Part shown: piece after piece, positions 41,755 through 56,019 of the stretch
Numbering within the stretch: the stretch's first letter is position 1
How the letters are laid out: each line of letters opens with the position of its first letter
Assembly: GCF_018977255.1 (NCBI RefSeq)
Contig: NW_024704742.1
Coordinates: forward strand, 135,162,001 to 135,226,000
Reading direction: 5' to 3'
Length of the DNA: 64,000 bases
Source of the DNA: Callorhinchus milii
Taxonomy: Eukaryota
Program-made: the position numbers and the translations under genes
The notes under the pieces: generated by a model
What the model was told of the DNA's origin: nothing
The model's input: the letters and a program-made list of their open reading frames with translations, nothing else
Databases searched by the model: none

Positions 41755-42380
41755 TAACAAAAACGGCAAATTCCATCTGTATCGAGCCTTTCACGTTAAG
41801 ATGACATCCCAAAGCGCTGGACAGTCAAGGATTTGGACCCGAGCGGGGGTGGGGGGGTGGAAGGCATGGCTGGGTAGGAAGGTGACTGTCAGCACGGTCA
41901 AAGAGAGGGGTCTTGAGACGTGCATTAAAGGAGACTGCAAGGCGAAGGGAATGTCAACTGGCATCCACGCCCCTAAAAACAGCTGTCAGAGAGGCTGATG
42001 GATGTGGAGCAGGCCAGAGCTGCCGAGTGGAGAGGTTGATATGGTGTTAGCAAGTCACAGAGGTAGTAGGAAAGAGCAAGTCCGTGTTGGGACTTGAAGG
42101 CGAGTTCAAGGATTTTGATCCTCTCGGGAGCCAGTGGAGCCAGGCGGTGGGGTTGACAGGGTTGACCCTAGATGTAATGAATGCATTGATGAGTTTTCGG
42201 TGGTCTGAGGGGAGGGGCAGTGGCAGAGCTGGGTGATGTTGAGGAGGTGGGGGAAGGCAGAACAGGTCATGGAACGGGTCATTTCAAGTGCTCCAGAATG
42301 CTACTCCACGTGAAAGGCGCTATATAAATGGAATTGTTGTTCGATGTGGGGTAGAAAGGACAATTGAGGGTAAACAAGAT
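41755..42380 (-). mobile_element. L2 LINE fragments (old, internally deleted)
   Basis: Diverged match to the L2 3' region and tail. Confidence 0.7.
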
Positions 42381-42505
42381 GCCAAAGTTATGTACAGAAT
42401 GCATCCATGGATGGTGACTTAACTCAATTATCTCAGACACTGACATTACCAGGGTTATTTCAATACAATAATTATCACTAGATTATCTAACTGCTGATAT
42501 CATAC

Positions 42506-42582
42506 CTGCAGTCGATTGATCTCAGCGGTAATAATCCAGACCTTCAAAATTCCAGTCAATGAAACTGCTACCACTGTGTCTT
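42506..42582 (-). CDS. WDR7: WDR7 coding exon 5 (EDTVVAVSLTGILKVWIITAEINRLQ)
   Basis: Acceptor gttctcag, donor gtatga, 77 nt, phase 1 to 0. Confidence 0.95.
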
Positions 42583-43221
42583 CTGAGAACAAAGCACAGC
42601 AACGTACTTATTGTGCAAATGTTACATATGCAAGATTACAAAATTATAAAATCAGTCTGGATGAAGTAGGCCTTTTAGCCCATCTGATCTTATCCCTCCA
42701 GAACACCCACCCTACTGTAGCACCTCAGAGCGCTTAACAGAATAGGCTTGGAGGGCTGTAGGTCATCCTTCTGTTGTTTCCAAGTACTGTTTTCAAACTT
42801 GTTAGCTCTGCATTTGTCAAGCGCTCTGAGACGCTACCCTGTATGAAGGGTGCTAAATGGAAGCGAGTTGTGTTGTTGTTGTATTTCCCATTATTTACAC
42901 AATACTGACAAGGTTGAAACGATCACCTAAATAAAATAAAATCGCAAAAAGGAAAACTTTTGTTTCTCAAAGCAACGGAGCACCAAGCTAACATTTCTCC
43001 ATGAATGATTTGGGTTCTCACTTACGTGGAGACTGAACAATTGAGGGGGAAGAAATGGTTGTCAAAAAGAGAGGAAACTAGCTATCAGGTGGAACACCAA
43101 AAGAAACTTGAAGCAGCGTGGCTCAACTCAAAAATCTGTGCACAGCAGATAAAAATATTTCCACTTCTCCAGGTGTTAAAAGAAAAAAAAATGGTTCAAT
43201 ACATTTTGAGGCACTGAACTA

Positions 43222-43518
<297 letters not shown>

Positions 43519-44169
43519 TTAAGCTAGATTTCTTTTATAAGTGCTCTGAGATGCTAACCTACGTGAAGAGTGCTGCAAAAACATACATTCTAATGATAAT
43601 AATCTTTGTATTTGATATAACGCCTTATCACTTTGAGATGACTCAAAGCTTCACAGAATATACTGTAAAGTGGATTGACTATGTATTTTGGCGTCGAAAG
43701 GTGACAGCAAATTGCGCACAGCAATGTCCCACATTTTTTTGTGTAGATATTTTAAACTTCTTCTGAAAACATAAGCATACAAAATAGAAACAAGTTATTT
43801 TTCTTGATATTTATCTACTCGCTTAAAGCTGCCATTGACAGTAAGCTGAGCTTTAACCAGATATTAAATAAAAGAGGAACCTCCATGTTTACTTTATAAA
43901 CCTTACCTTATTTTAAGCTTATTGTGCATTAATAAATATGAGTAAGAATCATATTACAGCAATGATAATGGAGTGTTCAGTAACTCCAATCAAGTGTTAC
44001 AATGAATAGACGCATGAGCAAGGTGGAATTGCAGGGGTGGGAAGGATAGGGAATTTACAGGCAGGAGTCCCAGCGGTTGTCCGCATGGTCACTCTGCACA
44101 CTGGAGGCAGAGGAAGTCTCAACCCTTGATCAAGTCCTTTCACATCTCAATATCATGCTTGCTATCTCA

Positions 44170-44400
<231 letters not shown>

Positions 44401-45385
44401 TTAGTTTATAATACAAAACTTCACAGAAAATCACTGATTTGGTAAAAATAGATTTCACATGTTTAGTGTGAAAAAGATCAAGGGTGACACAGAACCAATA
44501 TACCAACAAAGTAAAATGTAACAGATAATTGCATTATACATTTATAAATTATACATTTATACAGCGCTTTTCACATCAGGACAATGTCTCAAAGCACTTG
44601 ACAGAGCCAACTGGGCACCCGTGGTGGCGGGGTTGGGGAGGAAAAAGGTGCCTGAAAGCCACTGTTGGGAAGATACGTCTTAAGATGGGTTTTAGAGATG
44701 AGCAGGATGGGAGCAAGGCAAAGGAATGAAGTGGATCCACAACAATTTTTTTTAAAGTTGCAAAGGTAGACATTCAGCAGTCACGTCACTGCTATCCTCT
44801 ATGACGACTCTGGCATGGGAACACTCCCCAACTCGGTCAGCGAGATCACCAGGGCAGCCCTGACAGGGACAGACTCGATCCCAATACTGGTTAGGATACG
44901 GGCATATTCTTTTCTTTCAACTCAGTCAATTGCGCACAGCAGGGTCCCACAAACAGTCGCCGATTGAGTGATCACATTATTATTATAATTTTTTTAATGG
45001 ATTATTAACCCCAGAAAGCAACTAACAATCGACTAATAACTGGGTTTCTACTTAGTGCTAGGTAAACAGCTGTATGGAGTAAGGAAACTATCTAAGGTTC
45101 CACCCTGCAGGAATAGAACCTGGGTCCTCTAGTTTGTGAGCTGAGTGCTCTAACCAATACGCTCCAGTAGTCCACAAAATGGAATTGAAATGAACAGTGA
45201 AATTCAAGAATTTGCAGTACCTAAAATTTTAAAGCAAAATGTTTTCACAGGTTCAGACTCCTACATGTACCTTCAGGCCTTTGAAGGCATTACTTTCTTT
45301 GAAGAAATGGGGAGTTATTGAACAAGGACTCTCCCTAGACTTCCCCTCAAATCAGTTTTGCTATAACCACTGTTCCTCTTACTCA

Positions 45386-45493
<108 letters not shown>

Positions 45494-45789
45494 CTAAATG
45501 GAAAAACAATTGAATACAAAGAAGTTAATGTATAAATTCCACAATAATAATCCTTGCTTTTGACATAGCAACTTATCACATCATTGAGACGTCTCAAAGC
45601 ACTTCACAGAATATACTGTAAAGTGAATTGACTGTGTATTTTGTGGGCGAAACAAGGCAGCCAATTGTGTACAGCAGTATCCCATGGTCATGACTGGGTA
45701 TTAACAGCAGTTAATAAAATACATTATTTTTGGCAAAGGTTTCGGTGACAAACCCACCATCAACAATTAGGTACAAAACACAAAATAAT

Positions 45790-45986
45790 GCAGATGCTGG
45801 AAATCTGAAATAAAAACAGAGAGAGCTGGGAAAACTCAGCAGATCAGGCAGCATCTATGGAGAAAGGAAAGTGAGTCAATGTTTCGGATCCACGACAAAG
45901 AGTTGTGGAACCGATACGTTGACTCACTTTCCTTTCCCCATAGATGCTGCCTGACCTGCTGAATTTTCCCAGCTCTCTCTGTTTTT
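45790..45986. repeat. Long palindrome (85-bp arms, 5-nt loop), probably derived from a Penelope terminal repeat
   Basis: 45812-45896 versus the reverse complement of 45902-45986 shows 7 mismatches and no gaps; related copy at 58365-58500. Confidence 0.85.
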
Positions 45987-47035
45987 GTATCAACAATTGG
46001 GTATTATTTTGGGGGGTAACGCATTTGGTTACCTTGAAGAAGTGATTTAAATCAGACTTGTCCTTGGCCTTTGTCCAAGCTAATAATATCCATTTTTCAT
46101 TGCTGTATGGTAAATTTAACGTACTCTGGAGGTTTTGTGAGTTCAGAACAAGAAAATGCACTCTGCCTTTTCTTCCTCACCGATTAGCTAGTCATTAGAC
46201 TCAACCCTACAGACCTGTAGAAATTGTTCAAGTAGCAAACTGAGTGTTAGAGGAATGAGCTACGTGAGATGACTTGATAAACTAGAGACATCAGAGGTGA
46301 AAAGATACATCACAGGCGAGCGTGTGGGCGCTTAATCGGAGAAAATAAATCTAAAAAAAAACTTGAGATATACCAAGGCAGTAAGAAAAGGCGACACAAG
46401 TTAAGGTGTGAAGGACAAGCTTTGGACAGACACCAGGAAGTATTTTTTTGCAGGAGTAAATCAACAGCTGGCAAAGCAGAGTTGTAGAAGTGAGGGCATT
46501 GAATACATTTAAGAAACAGATTGATGCTATAATGAGAAGTTAGTAGCGTTGGTATTCCGGGACAAGATAAAATCAGCTGAAGAGCTTTTTGTTCACCCAA
46601 ACTGTCATGATATTCCCCCTTCCCACACACACCCTGTTTTACACTGTGTCAGAAACATTCTAATAAAATCAAAACATGAAATAAATAAACACATTTATTC
46701 ATCACCTTCTGGTATTTTTGAGATTCAGGTAAATAAGGCCAATCAAACTCATCCTTCCTACTGTCCTAACATCATTCTTAAATGGGGCCAGAGTTATCAT
46801 GAAACACATTGCATTTAATATAGTGTCTAATCATATTGAAATGTTTTCCTTGTTGGTCTGTTCTGCTTGAGCTAAACTCAACATACACTAGAGACCTTCT
46901 AGGTCTGTCTGTGTGGCTGTTTTATACTGACAAACAGGAGATTCGTGGGGTCAACTTGGGGAATAACATTCGATGTTTTTAACTGCAATATTGCTGTGAT
47001 ATAACAAAAATAATTTATGATGCAAAGAGCATAAA

Positions 47036-47868
47036 TATCAATGGCAAGCTATGCAGTTTTATCTGGTTAGACACCAGTAGTTACCCCCATCAACAACAAC
47101 AACAACAACAAGATTCCATTTATTGAGCGCCTTTCATGTCGAGAGGATGTCCCAAGGCGCTGTACAGTTGGGTCAGGACCTGAGCAGGGGGGAAATGATC
47201 AGGGTGAGGGGAGGGAAGGGAGGGAGCGAGGAGGGGGAAGAGAGTCGAGAGGGGAGCTGAAGGCTCGGTCAAAGAGAAAGGTTTTGAGACCGGCCTTGAA
47301 GGAGGAAAGGGAGGAAGCGGCGAAGGCACTGGGGGATAGAGTTCCAGAGCCGAGGGGCTGAGAGGCTGAAGGCCCGGCCACCGATAGTAGGGCGGTTGTG
47401 GCGGGGGATGTGGAGCAGACCGGAGCCAGAGGAACGGAGGGTACGGGCGGGTAGGTAGGGGGATAGTAGGTCGGAGAAGTAGGAGGGAGCGAGGCCGTGA
47501 ATGGCCTTGTAGGTGAGGGTGAGGATCTTGAATTCGATCCTCTGGGGGATGGGGAGCCAGTGGAGGCGAGCGAGGGTGGGAGTGATGTAATCGCGAAGCC
47601 TGGTGCGGGACAGTACACGAGCTGCAGAGTTCTGAATGACCTGCAGCTTGTGGTGGGGTCCCCAAGCCTTGGCTCTTGCCAACCTGCCCCTAATACTTTC
47701 CGGAATTAGGTAAGCAGGATGTGTCCCTCCAGAGAGAGAGCGCACATTCCATTCCAACAATCTCTCTCTGGGATTTCCATGTGTAGGTGGGCTGCATGGA
47801 AATCTGAGCTTGGTTTGGATACTCTTAAGCATGGTGGGGTTCCACATCTGTCAGACACCCAGCTGACC
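47036..47868. repeat. Unclassified structured repeat, copy 2 (47036-47090 plus 47654-47868), split by an L2 insertion
   Basis: Both halves align colinearly to the reverse complement of 12017-12300. Confidence 0.8.
47091..47653 (-). mobile_element. L2 LINE, young, 5'-truncated
   Basis: KLQVIQNSAARVLSRTR...HWLPIPQRIEFKIL; (GTT)n tail; near-identical to the 10467, 26144 and 56723 copies. Confidence 0.95.
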
Positions 47869-47909
47869 AAAAACAATCTTAAAAAGACTAAAAGCCACCA
47901 GCAGCTTTA

Positions 47910-48125
<216 letters not shown>

Positions 48126-48556
48126 TTAAAAATAACATAACTGTTTCCCAAAAGTTGTAAATACACATTTTCCATCATACGTACCCAAAATAGTTTCCGA
48201 ACACTACATGGGGTCAAAATAGCAGTATTCTTATAAACACAATAAAATGTATTATAAAGTGTACTCACCCTTCAACTTCTGAACAATAATACCAACGTTA
48301 CTTATCACGTCCTTGGAGAACTTCACAGAATATACTCTAAAGTGAATTGGACTGTATGTTTTGTGGGGGAAACAAAATATCCAATGGCAGCACAATCCTC
48401 CAGAAAATATTGAAGATGCATATTGCCGATATATATTGTATGTTTTGTGGGCAAAATATTAGGCAAGTTTCCTTACTCCACATGCCTCTATTTACCTAGC
48501 AGTAGGTAGGAACCCAATTGTTAGTCAATTGGCTGACCCCTTTCCAGAGGCAATAA

Positions 48557-48862
48557 TCCTGTAGCTCAGTGGTTAGAGCACTCATCTCGCAAGCGAGAGA
48601 CCTGGGTTCGATTCCTGGCAGGGCAAAACCTTGGGCACGTTTCCTTACTTCACACGCCTGATAATAATCCCTCAAGAAAAAAATACAACAATAAATTGGT
48701 CACTTCAATCAACGATTGTTTGTGAGATAATGCAGTGCGCAAATGGCTGTCGCATTTCGCCCACAAAATATACAGTAAATTCGCTTTACAGTGTATTCTG
48801 TGAAGCGCTTTGAGACGTCTTAAAGGCGTGATAAAGCGCTATATCAAATGCAAGGATTATTA
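48557..48862 (+). mobile_element. tRNA-derived SINE (lacks the central segment)
   Basis: Head cctgtagctcagtggttagagc...gggttcgattcc; tail present. Confidence 0.88.
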
Positions 48863-51800
48863 AATATTTATTATTAATAATCCCTCAGAAAAAAAATTGG
48901 TGGCTCAATCCATGACAGCTTGTGGAATATTCCTGTGCGTAATTGGCTGCAACATTTTCCCCACAAAACTCCAGTCAATTCACTTTACAATATATTACGT
49001 GAAGCATGTTGAAAAGACTCAACGACATGATAAAGAGCTATATCAAATGGAAGGATTTTTAATGATGATTATTATTATAATATCTGATAAGTTGAGTCAG
49101 GATCCCGTAAAGCAACATTCAAAGATCTCAAATCCAAAATCCAAACTTTCGACTTAGCGCGTTAATAACTACAAGATCCAGCCAATGCCATGTTTGGAGG
49201 CCACAAGAACCCTCAGGTGACTTTGGCTGTCTGAGGAACACAATGTTTATAGCTCCAACTGCTCACTCCCCTGTTCACCCAGTGGGTGTAAAGTGCTATC
49301 TGATGTGGAGGGTGATATACAAATGCAAGTGGTTGTGGTTATGCCAAAAAAAGAGACAGAAGAAGAACCATCTACCAGACCAGAGACATGAAATGTGAGA
49401 AGAGATTGAATATCCAAGGAAACTGGATATCCTTGAACATAATTTTGGTTGAAGGCCTTAAAGCCCAGCGATTAGGTATGTCCTCCCTACGTGAAAGGTG
49501 CTATACAAATGTAATTTTGCATTGTATAAAATTGTAACTGGTTTACAAGTGCACAAATGAAATCAGCAAAGTGTTCTTTGCAGTCGAATCGTCCTGGCCA
49601 TCAAGGAACAAACTTGTCACTGATCTGTTGGCTGCTGCAATGTCCCAGCAATCTGGGGCTCCCCAAATCCCTTCATTCTCAGCCTTCTCTCTCTCTCTCC
49701 TTACCTTCAAAACCCAATTAAAAAAAACTGTGTGTGCCAATGCAAGTTCCCCTTCCTCTCTTCAATCCACCACATCACCTCTCTGCTTCAAATTCCACCC
49801 ACTCTCAGTCTGTAAGAATCATCTTGCATTGAAGTTTAAGATACGCACTCCCCGATACTATCCCGTATGAAGGGCACTATATAAATGCAAGTTGTTGTTG
49901 TCGATAATAATACTTACATCTGATATAATGTAAATTTATTAAAATCACAGAACTGTAGAAAATTCTTAAATTCAGCCTTCTCAAAACAGAACCAGCTTCA
50001 AATTGAGACCAATCCCCAGTTTTGTAGGATCTTAAATTTGCAGACAAAATGATCTTGCACGCTAAACCTAGGTGACATTTGAAGGATCAGAAGGCTACAG
50101 TTGTAAACGCTTATTATTAGATTATAATTGTTGCCAGGCTTTTATAAGGTAAATTTTGATGTTTAAGATAATTTTTCACCCAAAACTTGAAGACTAGAAT
50201 CCTAATTAATGCACAAATCATTGGGACGGAAACACCATCTTCAAGAAAATGCAATAGTGTTTTCATGCAGCGTTTTTTAGGGTGTAAATCAAAGGCAACT
50301 TTTAACCATGCTCCTTTACAAGTAGATTCATCCCATCAGCCTGAGCTGACCCAAATCTTATAATTACTGTTTCAATTAATAGTCATGATTTAGTTATAAC
50401 TGCAGTAAAAATGTCATGCAGAATTAACGCTTCTCTCCACTCTTTAGGACTATCAATCTATAATTAATTTGAACCGGATAATGGTGACAGTCTGCAAATG
50501 TGCCACACGGAACGTGCAGAGTTTGCAAGAGCTGTCAATTTGCCATTCTCCACATCACTGCTCAACACGCTGCAGTGACTGGCTGCTGCTCACATCAATC
50601 CTACGCTGACTGAGTCAATGAATGATCTTGCCTCAGGCAAGGAACATATCTATTGTCCTGCAAGCTGAACCGCACGCTCAGGGCTGGCGAGAGGCTGAAA
50701 GCATAAGCAGTACACTCCAATCACCTCCTGAACTTAAGCAGAAAGGTTATACCATTCAGAAGCACAATCGTTGCAGCTCTGGAGGCTAAAGATGAGGGCT
50801 AAGCTGTTCACCAAACTTTTTGTCCAAGCACCACATCATGGTGTGACATTTGTGCATTCACCGATCTCCATTTTAATTTTTGTGATAACTTTATACAGCA
50901 TTATATTTGTAGACAAATGTGGCAGCTAATTTCCACACAGCAACGTCCCGCAAATAGTCATGAAGTGAATGACCAATTGTATCTGGAGAATTGTTGGCCG
51001 GGACACCAGGAGTAACAACCTTCTCTTTTTAATGGCAAAGGATCACGGACCTAAGTAGAAAGATGGAACCTTGGTTTGACATTTCATCTGAAGGACAATA
51101 ATGCGGAGCTCCCTCCTCAGTAATGAAAGTTAACTGACTGTCCTGTCTGGTCTTCACAATCATGATCCGAACGTTTTATTCTTCACACTCAATTGAGCAC
51201 ATGGACAAAACCGCCACCATTCTTATCTACCCGTGTAGGCGGCTTAACCTCAACTCACCGCCTTGTAACCTCAACTAATCTGATATGGTTGAGGAAATAC
51301 CATTAATACTGTACCAACTGGGAGAGACCAAAAACAGCTTGAATTGCTGTGGTACCACAAGTCGTTACTCACTGAATTTAATAGCATCAAATACTTGCTG
51401 TACCACAAGAAGGAACAATCTACCGTAATGCAAAGCTTTTTGACATTAATCTGCTGCAAACATTGTATCGCAACAGCCCATTATATAGCATTTACTTCAG
51501 TTGGTGGAATATTAATAACCAGTTGTTAAAAACAAGAAGAGCTATTTCCTTTAGTTACAGATGTTCTTGTAGATTTATAGGGTCTAAGCACTGATAATCC
51601 AGTTAAACCATTAAGGGCTTCCCAAATGTAATTGTGTGATACTCTGTCTTGACTCACATGTGATTAAATATTGGAAAGGCACAATACAAAAGGTTGTACA
51701 TCTATAAATTAACTTCTTTAACAACAGCCCTACTAATGATTTCTAGCACAGTTTCTCCAAAGGCAGATCTGAGAAGCACAGTAACAGTGAGTGTGTTTAC

Positions 51801-53022
51801 ACTGCGCCGTATGTTGTCTGTGGACAAACCTAGCAATTCCTACATTAAGAATAAAAAGACCTTCACTAATCTCCCAAATTCATCGCACGTCCACCATGAC
51901 GCTAGTAAGAAACGCGGTAACGCAATATAAACTCTACTAAGAGTCATCGAGCACCAGCTTTTAATTTCAATGTTTCGCAACCAGTGCAGTGAACATCTCC
52001 TTTCTTTCAAACCCCACTTTCTGCTTCTGTCAGTTTGCACAATGGCACATCAAAACTTGCTGCAGTATTTATATCATGGCTTTGCAGATAAGTAACCAGA
52101 ATATCTCTAAACTCTATTTGAGTTAAAATATACGTCAGAAAAGACAAGGAATTCACATGTACACACACACAAAAAAATCTTGTTAGGTGTAAACAAATTG
52201 AACAGGGGAAATAATTAACCCTTTAATCGCACATACTACCACTACAGCAATATTTGTCACTTCAAAAAGAATAGTTGAATATGCCCATGAACTTCTAGTA
52301 AACCTGTAAAGCAGAGTACATTATAAATACAAAATGAATCCAATCAACCCCGTAAAATAAGTTTAGTCCTGTCATTTCTTGCATTATTTAACGATGACCA
52401 GAAAGTTCCTCAAAAAAACCTCAACTGAAAGTGCACACGCGTTAAAAGGCACAATATTTCCAAGCAGTTAACATCAATACACAAAGATGCTGATCTACCT
52501 GTCCCGCATTGGTCTTTTGTGTTTCATGAGAGCAAAACGTCGGGATTTCACAAAGATTTTCCTCATGTTCTTGCGGGTGAAAGACTGCATGGTAGGCCTG
52601 GAGAGATCTTATCTGCTCTGCACTAACCAGAACAGCAAGCACGTAAGCCTTGCTTACGTTACTAAACCAAATAAAACCAACAATTTCAGGAACTAACCCA
52701 TCTGCACAGCTCTACTCTAAGCAATCAATACATATAGAGCAATGGGTGCTGGGGGTAGAGGGGATATTGCATATGCAATGCATGTGGTTAAGCATTTCAT
52801 TAAGAGTGCAGTTCTTTATATGCTGCCTAACACTGTTCACATTGCAAGTTGTGTTCAGTTTTTAACAGTAAAAATCATGTCCAATCTGTAAAGTAAAACA
52901 CATTTTTTTGTGGAAGTTCCACAAATATTCTACTTATTAAAAACGTGAGACCATTTCCTAAATAATAGTGGAAACTGAATCCATTTAGGAAGGAGAAAAA
53001 AAAATCTGAAATGAAGTTTCTA

Positions 53023-53349
53023 TAATAATAATAATAATAATCCTTGCATTTGATATAGCGCTTTTCACGTCAGGAGGACGTCCCAAAGCGCTTCACAGAA
53101 CACACTGTAAAGTGAATTGACTGTATATTTGTGGGCGAACGCGGCAGCCAATTGCGCACAGCAATGTCCCACAAACAGTCGTAGATTGAAAATGACCAAT
53201 TTATTATTGTTTTGTTTTTTTGGAGGGATTATTATTAGGTCTGTGTGGAGTAAGGAAACTTGCCCAAGGTTTCACCCTCTGCCGGGAATTGAACTCAGGT
53301 CTCTCACTTGCAAAGCGAGTGCTCTAACCACTGAGCTACAGGACTCCAC
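53023..53349 (-). mobile_element. tRNA(Ala)-like SINE, young short subfamily
   Basis: Near-identical to 19034-19344; long (TTA)n tail. Confidence 0.93.
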
Positions 53350-54259
53350 GATTCTGGGATGTAATTAATATTCTAATGAATGAAGTAAGAAAAACTTGCA
53401 TTTTTAATGTACCCATATTATGCATACATTGAGTAATTGACATTTTCTAAAATTTCACTTAATTTAACTGCCACTCCACTTAGTTCAACTACTAGGTCAG
53501 AAATTTGAGCTCATAATCCAGGCTGACATTCCAACGCAGTCCTGGGGGATTTTGTCCGCGAGACACACAGTCAATCCACTTTACAATATTTTCTAATTAC
53601 TTTGAGACGTCTCAACTACATAATAAGGCGCCTGATCACGTCTTCGAGACAGACGTCTCAAAGGGCTTCACAGAATATACTGTAAAGTGAATTGTGTATT
53701 TGGTGGGTGAAACGCAGCAGCCAATCGCGCACAGCAGTGTTCTGCAAACAGTTGTGGATCGAGTGAGCAATTTATTAATGGTTATGAATCTGCCATCATA
53801 AGGCCCCCACCTATCATTGAGTAGCATGATGATAGCCTTGAGACCGACACTCTTGTTCTTTATAAATGCCTTACTCAGTCTGAGAAATGTATAACCACTT
53901 GCCTTTTGTTTTGCTAACCATAAGATTTTGTTATTTTGTAATGCCGTTGAGACGTCGCAAAGCTCTTCACCGAAAATACCGTGATGTGGATTCACTGTGT
54001 ATTTTGTGGGCGAAACGTGACAGCCAATTTTGCACAGGAGTGTCCCACAACAGTCGTGGATTGAGTGGCCCAATTTTTTTTATTAAATGTTTTTGAGGGA
54101 TTATTACGCTCTGGAAAGCGATCTGTCAATCGACTAAAAATCAGATTCCTCCTTACTGCTAGGTAAACAAGAGGCATACGGCATAAGGAAACTTTCCTAA
54201 CAACAATAATAACGTTAAATTTGTAAAGCATCGAGAGGACGTCGGGAACAGACGTCGGG

Positions 54260-54850
54260 AATCAGAACCCTAGCAAGTGCGGTGGGGGTAGGGTTGGGAT
54301 GAGGGAGGCAGAGAGGGTAGGAGGGCGGGTGAAGGCACGGTCGAAAAGGAGGGTCTTGAGTCGTGCCTTGAAGAAGGCATGAAATGGATCATAGAGAAGG
54401 GATTGCGGGATGGAGTTCCAAAGGGTGGGGGCAAAGAGGCTGAAAGCCCAGCTGCCGATGATAGGACGGGTTGGGTGGGAGACATGGAGCAGGCCAGAGC
54501 CCGCTAAACGGAGGGAACGGACAGGTTGATAAGGGGTCAGCAGGTCAGAGAGGTAGGAGGGGGCAAGGCCGTAGAGAGCCTTGAACGCGAGGACAAGGAT
54601 TTTGAATTCTATCCCCTGGGGGATGGGGAGCCAGTGGAGCCAGGCAAGGGTAGGGGTAATGGGGGTCACGGAACCTGGTTCGGGAGAGGACATGACCTGC
54701 AGAGTTCTGGATGATCCGGAGCTTCTGAAGGGAAGAGTTAGGGAGGCCAACAAGGAGGGAGTTACCGTAGTCAAGCCTTGAGGTGACGAATGTGAGGGCA
54801 TATGAGGGTTTCGGCGGCCTGAGTTGGTCAATGCTGGGGAGGTGGGGAAA
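54260..54850 (-). mobile_element. L2 LINE 3' fragment
   Basis: TPTLAWLHWLPIPQGIEFKILVLAFKALYGLAPSYLSDLL. Confidence 0.9.
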
Positions 54851-56019
54851 GCTTTCATCCCGTCTGGGAATCGAATCCGGGTCACATCTATGGACCAGTC
54901 ATTTTTAAGTCATCAATAGGCCACAATATTAATGTGTCAATAGACATTTCCTAGGAAAGGGAGGAGGGACGCAATTTTGCCCCCCCACCCAGGAAAAGAA
55001 AGGATCACTAGGCTGGATTTCTGATACAATAACTGAAGAGCACCCTCCAATATTCCTCTAACATAACATGGAATAAAATAGATTTCAATAGTCGAGAGAA
55101 AATTTTCCATTGGTAAATACTGGCTGTGTGCTCTTTCATTCCGCAGCTGAATGGATGAACTCCCCAGAGCAGTCATATGGAAATCCATACATTGAGCTAA
55201 TTGAAGGACAAAAGGTCTAAGCTCTCTCCTGGTTAAACTTCCTACACATTGTGAACATTTGTCATTTAATGTATTATGGATTTTTATCTGTCTCCTCAAA
55301 AGGCCACATATTCTCAGAAAGACCTCTGTTCACGTTAGCAAATGCACCAGCCATTTACGTCAGGGTTTGGGATACTCCTGCAGAAAGCAGCAAAAAAAAG
55401 AACTGTTCAGAATACTGTACTTCAGTGTAAATTGCACTGTGTATGCAGTAGATAGCAGCACACTATAGCCTTAATGCTGCAGAGAAAGCATTAGCTTCCA
55501 ACACACAGCATCAACATGCAAAATAATCACAAACACATAGCTGGAGATGTCCAGCATTTATAATAATCCATGGATTTGATATAGTGCTTTACATAGAGAC
55601 GTCTCAAAGTGCTTCACAGAGCATATTGTAGAGTGAATTGACTGCATTTACAAAGATTATTGCAAAAGATCATGGAGATCAACCTCAACAAAGTTATGCT
55701 GTTATGTTAATATAATAATAATTCTTGCATTTGATATAGCGCCTTATCACATCTTCGAGATGTCTCAAAGCACTTCACAGAATATATTGTAAAGTGTGGT
55801 GACTATATATTTTGTGTGCAAAATGCAAACTTTTTTAAAAATAAAAAATATTTAAAACCTTTTTTGTAGGATAACATCTCAGAGCAGTTCACAACTGTTT
55901 GTGCGATGCTGCTGTGTGCAATAGGTTGCTACGTTTTGCTCACAAAATATACAGTCAATTCACTTTACAGGATATTCTGTGAAGAGATTTGAGACGTTTT
56001 GAAGACGTGATAAGGCGCT

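Noticed and set aside
47269..47847. 192-aa ORF fusing novel sequence to the L2 C-terminus
   Set aside because: It is chance read-through across the junction of an L2 inserted into the unclassified repeat; the homologous 12-kb copy has frame-breaking indels.
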